A stretch of DNA of 64,000 nucleotides from Amoebophrya sp. A120 (Eukaryota > Protista > Dinoflagellata): positions 3,354,833 through 3,418,832 of the forward strand of contig CAJINV010000005.1 in NCBI GenBank assembly GCA_905178155.1, in the 5' to 3' direction. Positions 1 to 12,069 of this stretch are shown in pieces; within the stretch, counting starts at the first letter, position 1; each line of letters begins with the position of its first letter. The notes under the pieces are model-generated. The model did not search any database, was not told the DNA's origin, and was given only the letters and a program-made list of their open reading frames with translations. The position numbers and the translations under genes are program-made.

Positions 1-2
1 GA

Positions 3-335
3 TATTCTGTTGAAAAACGTCCCCGCCCCTCAGACTCCAGATGTTGCTGTTGGGAACTCTGCAACCCAAATCCAGGTTTTTTAAGACTCAACACGCATGA
101 CAATTCAAAGTCTCTGCTCGTACTATCTGTAGAGTAGTGCATCGCGCAACAAGTTCTCAGCAAGGGCAGCCGCAATTATACCTTGACATTAGAGCCATCT
201 TCTTATTGTGTTTCCAGCATATCAAGTTCCAAAACGCGACTAGGGCGGATGTATCATGTTGCAAATGTTTCAGTAGATGCAAATCTGCCTGACACCAGCG
301 CTAGTAGGGAGGTGGAGACGTTTTTACTTGGGATA
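3..335. mobile_element. TIR introner in UCH gene
   Basis: Left end TATTCTGTTGAAAAACGTCCCCGCCCC matches revcomp of right end TATCCCAAGTAAAAACGTCTCCACCTC. Right flank is GATGA; window begins with GA (left TSD cut off). Confidence 0.7.
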
Positions 336-1149
336 GATGAAGACGAGGATGAAGATCCGGAGGTTGATTTAGACACCGACCACCACTTCATCACCTTCAT
401 ATGCATCACAAAATTTGAATTTCGTGCTAGAAGTAATTGCCTAATTCGAATGATCCAATGATTTTTTGCTTAACCACACTAGCATGGAAAAGAAAAACTG
501 AATAAATGAAAAAGAAAATTGCATGTGCTGTTTGATACCCCCTCCAATGATCGACATTTTCCATTTTGCACGAAGTACTATATTGCAATTGCCGCGAGTT
601 GTGCGAAGATGTTTTTGCGCAGCATATCTCATCGAGAAAAACAACGTGATCTATGAATTGGACGGCCTCCGCAACATGCCACTTAAGGTCGGCACGACCA
701 GCAGTAGTTGCAGCACTACCTCCTCTATCAAATGCAAAAATGTCTGGGTCTGGAAGATTGGAACTTGTGATGCTAACTTTGGACTCTAGAAAAATCTGTA
801 TTGCATGACCAGCAAGAGGAGTCTAGTTCGTGCTACGCGGGGAGGGCGTTTGTCATGCGGAGTAGGCATCAGGAAGCCCTCTCAAAATCTGTGACGCACG
901 GCCGTGCATTGCAGAAATACTGGCTCATGCAAAACATGCATGAGAAATCTCAGAATCTTCCAGACCCAGACACTTTTACACTTCATATCCTCCTCATCTT
1001 CCAGCGCTCGTAGTACAACCACGTCGGCGAAGAACAAGTCGAATTTTCTCCCGGAGGTTGCGAAGATCATCAAAACCAAGTTCCTCAACCGTGCGCCGGA
1101 AAACATGCAGTTTGCAACCCTGGCGCTGGGCGGCAAGGAGAAATCATAA
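336..1149 (+). CDS. Ubiquitin C-terminal hydrolase (UCH, peptidase C12), 3' exons only
   Basis: Joining 336-400, 633-725 and 993-1149 gives ...DLDTDHHFITFIEKNNVIYELDGLRNMPLKVG...FLPEVAKIIKTKFLNRAPENMQFATLALGGKEKS*. This carries the UCH catalytic His (HF) and Asp (YELDG) motifs. Confidence 0.85.
401..627. mobile_element. Decayed TIR introner/non-canonical intron in UCH gene
   Basis: Short inverted ends (TATGCATCACAAAA / TTTTTGCGCAGCATA) and flanks TTCAT/CTCAT. Removal joins HFITF to IEKNNVIYELDG. Confidence 0.6.
726..987. mobile_element. TIR introner family A (262 bp)
   Basis: TATCAAATGCAAAAATGTCTGGGTCTGGAAGA...TCTTCCAGACCCAGACACTTTTACACTTCATA, perfect TSD TCCTC. Removal with one TSD keeps the UCH frame. 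Confidence 0.92.
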
Positions 1150-2225
1150 GAATTAGAAAACAAAATTCCGAAGATAGAATAAGGAATAAAAGCTGTATAC
1201 TCAGTTATAATTCACGGTGCTTGCAGCTCACCATCTCGTCTCTGTCGCAGTTGCTGTGCCACTGCGCTACAATCTTTTCAAAGATGAAGATTGTTGGCGG
1301 GGGCCGCGCAGGTTTATTTTGGAAAAAAGGACGACCCACTCCAGAATCGACATCGAGTCGGAAAAATACATGAACAAACGAACAATCAGAATTACAATCA
1401 GTTTAAAAAGTACTCAATTATGCCTCCTAATCGTGAACGAACAAACAAAGGACGCATCATCAACCGCATAATGCAGATACTTGATTTAGATTTTGCTAAT
1501 TGGCTTGCTAGTACTCCATCTACATGTGTAAAAAATATGGTCGTGCTCCATTCGTGCAATTATACCTCAGGCCCGAAAATCAAAATTCAAAACGATGAGC
1601 GCACAATTATTGTTTTGGGTAATGAAAGCCAAACTGTAGCTGCTGGGCGTATGGTCTGTTTTAGCAAGATTGTAAGGACCTCCATTACGCCCGTTTTGTA
1701 GTCCCACTTTTCTTGTGCCCCCTCTTGTACCATGCTACAAAAAAGGTCTAGTCTACTTCTACGCACCCGAGTCCAAGAACTACACAAAACGAATGAGCAT
1801 TTCATGGAAGCAGGACTAAGTTTAGGTTTAGTTTGTTTTATGATCTCGCACTCGTTCCTAATAAATAGTGACAAATTCGTCCTGAAGTACTTACAATGAT
1901 TAGACGGGCGTCTGGGCCTCATTTCCTTCTTCTAATATTGATGTGCTAATCGTGGATAAATGTGTCACTCGTGTTTTTCTTGCACCAGAACGAGGTGAAA
2001 TGTTATTGTCTTGCTCTCGACCACCTCGACCTGGAGCACTACACTGCTGATGTAAAAACAAGGATCGCATGTACGTTGATCTTGTGCAAGACCTCTCTAC
2101 ATCAAGTGCCGTTGATACGGCAATGATGTGTTGAAGGTGCTACTACATCAGCAGCAGGTTCGTTATTTGTCTCCGAAGATCAAGCAGAACTTCGGTTTCG
2201 GTAGTTGCGGTCATGAAGATGATCC

Positions 2226-2359
2226 GAAGAGCTTTCTGTTGCTGTGCCACACTTCTTGGTGTCGTTTTCACTCTCGCAATCACAAACTACTTACACAACA
2301 CAAGGTCTGTCCGATCATGGAGCGTGAGAAGTTTGAAGTCTTCGGTAATTTTGGTGTCC
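2226..2359 (+). repeat. Copy 1 of a ~135-bp diverged direct repeat (copy 2 at 9549-9693)
   Basis: GAAGAGCTTTCTG...TACACAACACAAG.CTGTCCGATC.TGGAGCG...AAGTTTGAAGTCTTCGGT.ATTTTGGTGTCC occurs at both sites. Confidence 0.85.
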
Positions 2360-2987
2360 ATCTCCATAGTTGTATCACTCCAACTCCGCTTTTGTCTGCT
2401 TTGCTCGTCGTCCGATCGGTTTTGCTCTGTAGGCCTCACCTTGAAGCCCTCGCTCGTGCCCAGTTCGGTTCGTTATGAATATCCGCCCTAATTACTTTAC
2501 TATTGCTTAGTTATGTGTACAGGAGGTAGTGCCGTGAAGGTCATCCCTTGTCTTCGGTAGTCTTGTCAAGAAGATGAAGAGACCTAAAATTTCGGTTTGC
2601 TCAGTTTTCCTGTCAAAGTAATCGGTGTAGTTTCTTCACCATACAGTTTTCGTATAGCAATGAAGAAGCGTCGAAAGCGTGTATGTAAAAGTTTTCGTGC
2701 TTCATTTGCATTTCTCTTCTCCCGATTCAAATCTGCTCAGCGATGCCGAGATTACGGTTTTTTCGAAAACATCCAGGTCCTTCACCCCTTTAATATTGCA
2801 GTGTCCTCGCACAACTACATGACCAAAAGCTAACATTTTTTTTTTACGCCCCCGTCTGACGAAGGCGTCATCACTCCTCAAAGTACATAATTTTATTTCA
2901 ATCTGACGAAAAGCGCCACTACCGCTAGAAGTGAGCTGAGCATTGCGATTGGGGCTTAGCACCAGCATATTCTCTTCCGATCTGAAA

Positions 2988-5900
2988 ATGTGGAGCCATC
3001 TCCTCTACGCAGCTAAACTTTCCTTACTTCTCCCGCTCCTGTTCCTCGAAGCAGGCAGCGACAGTGGAGGACAGACGACGGTGCGCGCAGTGAAGGTTTC
3101 TACGCCTTCTGTTGACCAAAGTCTAAATTTGACTTCGTCCTTCTTTGAACCGACGTCGCACCCCGGGAATGAAGTAGTAGCAGTGCCAGGTCCCGCAAAG
3201 ATGGACTGTCGAGATGGACAATTCCGCTCCGTGCGGCAGGCTCATGTGGGATCTTTTCTTTGTGGGATAGATGTGCATTTAAGAAATGTTGCTTTATATT
3301 TATACAAAGCATTCAAAAACAAAATCATCTTCGGAGAGTACGACTTCTGCAATTTTCTGTCGGAGGTCGCTCTCTGTGACGAACAAATTCTAGCTGATGG
3401 TTTCACCAGTCATAAAACTCTTCGTTCTGATAGATCCTGCATTTTTTAGTGCAGTTGCAGCCGCAGAGTCGCAGAGCAAGGCTCTCTCATTAAGCATGAT
3501 GAACGCAGTCGGCGTTACTTACATGCACCTTTACTTGCTTGCGCAAAGCAACAGTGACAGGGCTCTCTTGATGACACTACATACCACTTGTATTTATGTA
3601 AAAACAAAGAGCCGATGAACAAGCTCATCATCTGTTTCACGACGTTGAAAGATTCCCACCTGACGCTGGTATACTGGGTGGAAAAAAACTGGGACGCGGT
3701 CTACCATATCAACTGCAAAGCTCTACTGTAGTTGATATGAAGTTTTCGTAGAAAAAATGCCGTATTTTTGATCTTCACCACGAACCAGTCGTCATGTTGA
3801 ATGTGCCAAATAACTTAGGGCAATATGCTTGTATACTTACAAAAATATTTTTGCTATAGTCTTCCAATGAAAATGATCCTAAAGATGCGCGCTACCAGGG
3901 GCAGTGAATCAGCATTCTGCATTCTTTCCAACCACGTGAAGATCTTCACTGAGACTGAAATTAAAAACTATGTAAATGCTTTTAGTTAATAGTGCTAGGT
4001 CTACTTATATTATTTCCGACACTTCTGCCGGAAAAAGTTGACAGCTTTGCAGTGGATATGCAGAGACGTAGCGCACTTAAGGGGCAGTCGTCCCGGATAT
4101 GCTCCTCCGGGTCCGGATCAGCACGCTAGCTTGGGATTGCTGCCTCCGGATATAGTTTGCCAAGGCAGCTACAGTCAAGCTTCTCGCGTGCGCGTGGATG
4201 TGTTGCTGGATACGCTGACCGGACTTGCCGACGATGCGCTACTGAGCCACTACAAAAGAAGCGCCGCACAGAACATGGCGAGATGGGCAGAGGAGGCTGA
4301 GATCAAGAACCGCAAGAAGGTCGGGACAGAGCCACTGGAGTTGCGCGTCGTTGAGGGCGATTCCCTGCTAGCGGCACGGTACTTCTCGCAATACTACGGC
4401 GAAACTTTCACGGTTTTGAACATGGCCAACGCAGAGAGGGTCGGGGGTGGAGTGAAACATGGCGCAGCCGCGCTATCAAATGTAAAAATGTCTGGGTCTG
4501 CAACAAAGCAACTTCTCATGCTAAATCTGAATCATGTAAAACTAAAAATCTGTGTTGCATGATTGCCAAAAGCTGCCCACTTTTGACCTAATCGAGAGGC
4601 AGTCAGTCTCTCATGCAGGACCACAGGCATGATAGAACGCTCACAGATGAATCTGTCATGCTATGTCCTACATGACAGACCTCGTTGGTCATGGAAAATA
4701 ACCTGTGTGGCAACTACAAGTCTGGAACTCTTCCAGACCCGGACACTTTTGCAGTTGATACGCGCAGGAAGAAAACTTATTTCGCCGCTCGGACTGCTTG
4801 GACACCATTGGATCGGATGAAGTGGTATGCATTGCAAAAGTGTCTGGGTCTGGAAGGTTGCAACTTGTGATGCTGTTTTTGGACTCCAAAAAAATTTGTA
4901 TTGCATGACGAGCAAAAGGGGCACAATTTGCGCCACACGGAGAGGGCATTTCTCATGCGGAAGGTGCATCAGGAAGCCCTCTAAAAGTCTGCGATGCTAG
5001 GTCATGCATTACAGGCATCATGGGTCATGAGAAATATGCATGACAAATCTTGCATTCTTCCAGACCCAGACATTTTTGCATTTGATAAGTGGTGCCGGGG
5101 CTTCCGCACGCATACACCCCCGAGTCCACCGCCTTGATCAATGGAGAGGGCGGAGCGGTTATTACAATGAAAAATGCCCCCTCCCCATATCAAAACGGAA
5201 ATCTGTGATGCAGATTTGTGGTCACAAATCAGCTTTGTGATGCTAGAAGGCAAATGATGCGGATTGTAGTGCTGTCTAGCGTGGGAAAGCCTTGCAGCTC
5301 CAGGATGACAGGAGGCAGCTGGAAGTGGGAAACAGCATGACAGATTACCTGCAATTTAGGCCGCAGCTTCGTCTCTTGGCCTTCTAGCAATACAAGTCGA
5401 TTTGTGTACTCAAATACAGCATCACAAATTCGCGCATCTTCCGTTTTCGATATGGGGTGGGGGCTTTTTTTACTTTGATAGCGGTCTACCTGGACGTGGA
5501 CGACCCGCGCGTTTGCGTCAAGGGCGAGGAGGACCGGAGCGATCCTGTATCTATCGCAAATCTCATTTGTTCTGGGTCTTGCAAGGTTGTAAAACTTTTC
5601 GAAGGAACTCAGAATAGCAATAGTACATGACTCAAACCCGGTCTGTGATGCACGTTCTGAAACAGCGCTCCGTCTCTGTTATGCGAAAATGCGGACTCAT
5701 CTCATGGTCATGGCTTGCCACGCGGAGGGACCCGCAATTGAAATTTTTGTACACGCAAGTTCAAAAGTTTGTGATGCTTGGCTCAGTAAAAGAATATTAT
5801 AGGCTACTGCCTATTATGTGCAACTTTGCATAGAAGAGGACCCAGACATGATATTTGTTGTTGATATCCCCTGACCCTGGGATACAAGTGGTTGCCCTTC

Positions 5901-8853
5901 GACGAGGCCTTCTTGTGGTATGAACTGCGCGCTGCAGCCATAGATTTACCAAAACGTCTAACAAGTTACGGCGTCAACTATCAACAGCAAAAGCAAAGCA
6001 TGGAAGAGCGCATCCGCGCCCAGTTTGCTACGCTGAGAGAGAAACGCCAGAAGTTCGCCATCCTGTCTGCCTTCGGCTGTGGGGCGTTCGGAAACCCTGC
6101 ATTGGATGTGGCGCAGCTCTATAAGAAGGTGATTGACGAAGAGCAAGCGAAAGACGCTTTCTTCCACGGCGGCGTCATCATCTTCGCAATTCTTCCTGAT
6201 CAAAACCCCTCAGTAAAAAACGAACTTATATTCGCGCAAGAGTTGCTCGGGGGTAAAAGCGCAACACCGGACAAGTTGGGAGATCCGTCAGCGCTGGCGG
6301 AAGCCCCGGCTCTAGGAATTGCAACTGCGCCTCCAGCAGTCATGGGTGGGGTTGCAGGCGAGCCAGACGGGCGAGAAAGTCTAACGTCGACCATGGAGCA
6401 CAATTGTGCTTCCGCGAAAGTACGGCAACGAAAAATACATTTTTCGAAGAAACTCTTTTTGCTTCCGCATATAATTTGAGGAGACTTCTTCAAAGGCATG
6501 CAATTATACCAATATGGCAGTCGCAGAATATAATGAATAGGCCAGCGTGAAGGTCTAGAGGCGGCTTACTAGTAGTTAAGTGAATAGTCTGAAGACAGAA
6601 GGAGCAGATGATCGGTCCCAGGAGCAGATACCCGAGGAATCCGTAACGCAGCGCGCCACTGGTGCTGCGCTGCCTATGTTCTGTCTTCAGACTAGCTATC
6701 TCGGAAAGCCTTTACAGATGTAGATGTTGTCTGCATGCATTGCCTTTTCGCCGCCAAATTTCTATCTACTTATTGCTATATGGTAACTGACCTGACCAAA
6801 AAAAACTGTTTTTTGAAAAATAAAGTATTTGCCATTTCCATAGTAAGGCGGATTGGTTTTAAAAAAGTGGAACCGGGCGTTTTAAGACAAAAATGGCGAA
6901 TCAGGAACACCGTCGTACCCCGGCTACGCCCCTCCGACAGGATGGAACATCCAAGCATCTTGCGATGACCTTGCGGGGGAAACGACCAAAAAGATGAACG
7001 GCGGCCACAAGTTCCGGGTGGATGTGTTGGTTGATACCTTGAGCAAGCTTAGCGAGGACAACGGGAGGCTGTTGCAGACGTACAGGGCAAACGCGGAAAG
7101 CAACATGAGAACGTGGGCAGAGGCAGCGAAGACAAGCGGTCGAAAGAAAGCTGAACACGCCAAAGTAGACATCGAAGTCATTGAAGGAGACTCGCTGTCA
7201 ACGGCACGGTACTTTACTGAGAAATACGGCGAAATATTCACTGTGTTGAACATGGCCAACGAACAATTTATCGCACGGAAATCTTTTACGATCATAGCAC
7301 GATTGTATGTGAGTACATCGAGGTTATGGGCGCAATGAACTGAGTATAGCAATAGCTATGAATATTACAAGGGCATATGAGATATAGTGATGTGCGTGTG
7401 ACTTTAATATTCGCAAAGTCTATCCTTCGTGTGGCCCTACGGTCGTACGCCCATCACTCTGCTTGGGGTCTTCACACTTTGATGGTAGTAAGTAGCGCCT
7501 TTTCGATCTTTCTCCGAAGTATTTTCAGAATCTCGCGCTGAGGCTGAGAATGAGATGCAAGTGGTCGTGCGTAAGATTTTCCGTGCGATAGCCTTCGTTG
7601 GAGGTATGGTAAAGTATGGCACTGCTGCGCAGGAAGAAAACATCTTTCGTCGCTCGGATTGCTTGGATTCGCTTCGGAATGATCAGGTGCAGCCAGGAGA
7701 CATGGACCGGTATAACGACAAAACCCGGAGCCGGATAAATGGCTCTCGTGGCAAGGTCTACTTGGACGATGAGCATCCTCGGGTGTGCGTCAAAGGACCG
7801 GAGGACATCAAGAATACTCCCGGCGGCCGCGTAGGCGGGTACGAGTGGTTGGGGCCCGACGAGACCTTCTTGTGGTACGAAATGCGCGCGGCTGCGAAGA
7901 GGTACAAGCCCAACGACCTCGATCCGTCGGCCCCTGACCCAAGCGAGTGGCAGCCCGAAGAGGCTAAGCAACGCATCCGGGCTCAATTCGCTACCTTGTC
8001 CTTGAAGGAAAAAAACAAAAAGTTCGTGATCCTGTCTGCCTTCGGGTGCGGAGCCTTCCACCATCCGGCTGACAAGGTTGCGCAGATCTACAAAGAGGTT
8101 ATTGCCGAGCAAGGCGATGCTTTCAATGGTGGGGCGCTCATTTTCGCGATTTTGCCGAGTGGAACGAAAAATCACAAGTTGTTTGCACAAGTGCTAACGC
8201 CTGACAATAAAGATCCAGTGGCATTGGAACAGCTGGAGCCGTTGTCCGGACCAGCAAAGCTTGCAAAGCCACCGACCCCGGAGAAGCCGAACCCTGCCCC
8301 AGGTACTACTGCGACACAGCGTCTGGAACCACCGCTTCCGGAACAACCGCTGCGGGTCCCCGCCAGGGACGGTAAGAACGGGGCAGTATTACCGCCGGCG
8401 CCAGGCGTGGTCTCCACAGCAGCAGCAGCAGCAGCAGCAGCAGCTGATGGAGCACAGCCTCCCCCTCCCGCCCCGAAGATGGGCCATGGCATCGCAACAC
8501 CACCCCCGGGCCCCCCGGGAGGTGCAGCACAGCCCCAGCCGCTAGGATCAACAGGCACAGCGTCATCAAGCGTTCCTCTGCAGGGACATCAAACCCCGAC
8601 TGCACCGACAACGCCGGCTACAGCACGACCTGCGGCAACACCGTATGCACCACCTGGAGGAGATCAACCGCCTGCAGCTGCACCAACTCATAAAATAAGC
8701 TGGCGCACCCCTGGGGAGCTGGTCGTGGTGGTGCCCCCGCCCCCGCCGACTTCCGCGGCAACACCACCACAACCTGCACGGGTGCGAGTGGGCAACCTCC
8801 GGGGAGCGACAACAACGACCACCGGCCCACCCTTTTCTTGTGCGGGCTGTTAG
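2988..8853 (+). CDS. Putative secreted protein with two tandem bacterial-type PARG (DUF2263/TIGR02452-like) macrodomains and a Pro/Ala-rich tail; multi-exon
   Basis: Exon 1 MWSHLLYAAKLSLLLPLLFLEAG looks like a signal peptide; link via a proposed GC-AG intron 3240-4052 is inferred. After removing introners, domain 1 reads VLNMANAERVGGGVKHGAAAQEENLFRRSDC...ILSAFGCGAFGNP and domain 2 reads VLNMAN(EQF)VGGMVKYGTAAQEENIFRRSDC...ILSAFGCGAFHHP. An in-frame TAA at 6883-6885 lies between the domains. Confidence 0.75.
4474..4760. mobile_element. TIR introner family A (287 bp)
   Basis: TATCAAATGTAAAAATGTCTGGGTCTG...CAGACCCGGACACTTTTGCAGTTGATA, TSD CGCGC. Removal rebuilds GAAAQEEN. Confidence 0.92.
4826..5087. 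mobile_element. TIR introner family A (262 bp)
   Basis: Family-A TIRs, perfect TSD AGTGG, body similar to 726-987 and 31335-31597. Frame restored (SDEVVPG). Confidence 0.92.
5160..5480. mobile_element. TIR introner family B (321 bp)
   Basis: TATTACAATGAAAAATGCCCCCTCCCCATATC...GATATGGGGTGGGGGCTTTTTTTACTTTGATA, TSD GCGGT. Removal rebuilds GAVYLD. Confidence 0.9.
5548..5866. mobile_element. Diverged family-A-like introner (319 bp)
   Basis: Degenerate TIR with CTGGGTC/GACCCAG core, flanks TCCTG/TCCCC. Removal gives DPLTLGYKWLPFDEAFLWYE, matching domain 2 (GYEWLGPDETFLWYE). Confidence 0.8.
6421..6842. mobile_element. Diverged TIR introner (422 bp)
   Basis: TACGGCAACGAAAAATACATTTTTCGAAGAAAC vs revcomp of right end TATGGAAATGGCAAATACTTTATTTTTCAAAAAAC; flanks GAAAG/GTAAG. 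Removal puts domain 1 in frame with domain 2. Confidence 0.7.
7269..7590. mobile_element. TIR introner (322 bp)
   Basis: TATCGCACGGAAATCTT...AAGATTTTCCGTGCGATA, diverged flanks CAATT/GCCTT. Removal gives NMAN-xxF-VGG with the same spacing as domain 1. Confidence 0.85.
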
Positions 8854-9548
8854 TTACTGAGACGAGTACCCCTTGTTGGAAACTACAGAGCGCTGCCTCT
8901 TTTTTATTGCAATTCCATTGCTATACCATTACCAATACCTATACGAGTACACGTATGATATTTTTTTTTGCCGCAAATTGAATGTTAGATTGATAATGTG
9001 TTGATCATACAGCAAAGTAAAGAAAGTAAAGAGATACGTAAAAAAACTTTTTTAAGATTACAAAAACATCGTGTGCCTTTGTAACATCTCTTCATTGCTT
9101 CCCAGGACTCTTGAATAACATGTAGAGCTCTGACAGTTTTCCCTCAGAAGAAATAATTTCACTATAGATCATAGTTCCATCGTTCTTGTTGACGCCTATT
9201 ATTTTGATACGAGGACATCTCCAATGCTGAGTCTGGTCCTAAATGTGTGACGCGGAGGTGTGAATCACTGGACAAAAATTCCGAAGAAAACTCGGACGTA
9301 ATGGATCCATCGCGTAGACGAAACTTGCGATGTATTGGATTGTTTTATGATCTTGTTCTTGGATTTGGTCTCGTCGTGTCTTTGGCGGTCCACAATAATG
9401 CAGTAGCTTGTGGACTCGTCTTCCTCCGTCCCTAATAATATGCAGGTTTGCTGGTCATTGATTCAAAATCAAAAGAAGGCCATGAATAAAATCATCATGA
9501 TTTGCATCGTTAGTCGCCTTCTCACACCGGATCCAGAGCGCTGAAGAA

Positions 9549-9693
9549 GAAGAGCTTTCTGTGTGTTGCTGTGCCACACGACTTCTTGATGTCGTTCTCA
9601 CGCTCGGAACCACAAAATACTATACACAACACAAGACCTGTCCGATCTTGGAGCGACGTGAAAAGTTTGAAGTCTTCGGTGATTTTGGTGTCC
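9549..9693 (+). repeat. Copy 2 of ~135-bp direct repeat
   Basis: Aligns by eye with 2226-2359 with small indels. Confidence 0.85.
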
Positions 9694-9938
9694 CTAGTTG
9701 TATTCTATTATTCCATGACACAGATTGATAGCCGCGGCGGAAACAGAATGCATTTGCGAGCGATCTTTTCGTGTACAGTGAGCATTTTTATTTAATCGAG
9801 AACGGAACAGGATCAAACCTGGACCATGTCGGAGTGGCGCCGAAACAATTTCACACGATGTTCGAGTGTACATCCGATGGAGAATAGAAAGATAGAAAAA
9901 TCAGAATAGACCACTCTCGAAGAGCGTGCACACCAACT

Positions 9939-11215
9939 CAGTTAGAGGGCAGCGGGGCCATTTCCTTTGCTAAAAAGTGGCTAAATTTTTCGGGATTTTT
10001 TCGAAGCGTGTCGGCCGAGGCGTTGCGTTAGCCTGACCGGCTGAGCCCCGCCCTCGCAAGTGGTGCGCCGCTTCCTTTGTCTGGCCCGCCTCGCCTGGTT
10101 TTGTTTCTTTCGGCGGGCCATAGGGGCGATGGGTTCGCTGTGTTGTCTGTTGCCGCCGGGTGTTTTGTATTTGCTAGCGGGCTATGTTTTGCAGTTTAGA
10201 CGTTCGCCCCGGTTTCTCTTGGGGTGTGGAGCCTTACAATTTTGGCACGTTTCCGCTTGGTGGTGCGCCGGGTATTTTGCGTCGCGCAAAGCATCCGGCA
10301 TCTCGGGCACGTGTTTGCAGGTGCTGCGCGCAACCTCTGGTCGGGCGTGTTTGGGTTTGTTTGTGTTGTCACCTCGAAAAGCCGCGGCGGGCGGTTTCTG
10401 TGGTGGTGCTCTGTGTCGCGCCGTGTGGCGTGTTATTTCTCTTCTTCAGGCGAAGACGGCCGCCGCCCCTTTTTTTTCCTTTGTGTTCGGCTGTGGAATT
10501 TTAGAAACCAAGACGCCCGGGTCCTTTCAAATTTGCGGAAATCAGCGCCCTTTCCCCGGCTAAATTTTTGGCTAAATCGGCTGACTTTTCTTTCCTTCCC
10601 GAAATCCCTGTGGTTCCGCATTTTGCCGCCGGCTAAATTCGGCATCGCCGGGATTTCCGAAGTGAATCCCGGAAAATTTAGCCAAGATTTAGCCGACCGA
10701 TTTAGCCGACCGATTTAGCCGCATAGATTTAGCCGACCGATTTAGCCGGCCGATTTAGCCGGCCGATTTAGCCGACCGATTTAGCCGGGATTTAGCCGCA
10801 TGATTTAGCCGGTCGCGGAAGTGTAGCAGGGAAATGCAGAAACCCGCTGCGGATGGGATGTGGGCCAGCCCATAGATATCCAGGACCCGCGCAGACTTTC
10901 GCCGGCCCCGGCTTCCGTTTGGGTTTTCTATCTTGGGCCCGAGGGTTTCCGTCTTCCGGTATTTCCTTTCCGGGTATATTTCTCATTGGGCATGGGGTTT
11001 CGCATGGTTCCGCGCGCGGTCCATTCGGGCCGCCACGCAACAATCGCAGGAAGCTCCTTGGGGTTTTTGCTTTCTTCTACCCGCGCCGCGCTGGCTTTCT
11101 CTTTTCTTCCGGCGGCAGCGCCGTCGGGGCCGCTTCTGCTTGCCCGGACTTTTAAAAAATCCCGAAAAAATTAGCCAAAAAATAGCGGGCGAAGTCGCCC
11201 CAAACCCTCCAACTG
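9939..11215. mobile_element. MITE-like non-autonomous DNA element (~1.28 kb)
   Basis: ~60-bp imperfect TIRs (CAGTTAGAGGG...TGGCTAAATTTTTCGGGATTTTT / AAAAATCCCGAAAAAATTAGCCA...CCCTCCAACTG). GC-rich non-coding interior with many GGCTAAAT/ATTTAGCC motifs. No TSD recognised. Confidence 0.65.
10676..10812 (+). repeat. Tandem array of ~13-bp units (ATTTAGCCGRCCG), about 11 ATTTAGCC cores
   Basis: Directly visible; the core is the same motif found in the TIRs of the enclosing element. Confidence 0.9.
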
Positions 11216-12069
11216 ATGTTTTCTTTTTTTTTCGATGGATTGAGTCAGAAGATTTTTGAGATTACATTTTGAAATCCATATCAATATATCCTATTCTGAA
11301 TTTGACAAGATTTTGGATTAAAATCTATAGGATATATCAATGAATTATTTTAATTTCAAAAAAAAAAATATTCGGTGAAATTCTTTCATTTCAAATATCG
11401 AATATGAAATCCGAAAAATTTTTTGGAAAAATATTCGGATAATTATCGATAAGATCCTGAATTTGGATGAATCTTCAATGATGGATTCATTTATCCTCGA
11501 TAGAAGATGAAAATGATGATAGAAAGAAAAGAGATAATCTCGGATCGGATCATAGAATATTCTTCTTATCTGAGATGATCTCATGAAATCGATACATGAT
11601 TTTTTTTTCAATATATATGGAAAATTACGAAAAATTCTTAGAGAAATAATTATGAAAATCATTCAAATTCTCTGCAAATTTCTTAAAAATTTCTAAAAAT
11701 TATCTATTCATTTCTGAAAATTTATGAAATGAAATCTATTAAATAAAAATTTTCAAAAATATTTTTTTTCGAAAAAAATGTCTATTTTCCATCAACAATC
11801 CAGATCTTGGGATCCAATTGATAATTTGGGATCTCGGATTATAAATTTTCGAAAATAAAAATTTGAATTTTTTTCCACAAAGAATCAGAAACAAAGACTT
11901 TCTAATTTTGAAAATTTAAAATAATATTTTCCAAAAAAAAAAGTGATCTGTTTAGATCTGATGAATTTCAATTTTGGAAAGAATATCTATGGGATATCAG
12001 ATATATGAATTCGATAATGATGAAGATTATTGTCAATAAGAGATTTAAAGCGATGGATCTATCTTTATA
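11216..12069. other. AT-rich, GpC/ApC/GpT-depleted island (left part; continues at 20165-20526 beyond the LINE)
   Basis: Hand count: 2 GC dinucleotides vs roughly 16 CG in 11221-12060, and none in 20165-20526. Confidence 0.85.

Noticed and set aside
10676-10812. Telomeric repeat or CRISPR array
   Set aside because: The unit is ATTTAGCC plus 3-8 nt, not TTTAGGG, and there are no unique 25-45 nt spacers or cas genes.
11345-11662. Organellar (mitochondrial/plastid) gene fragment in the AT-rich island
   Set aside because: The I/F/K-rich ORF reflects base composition; no cox, cob or rRNA motif was recognised.
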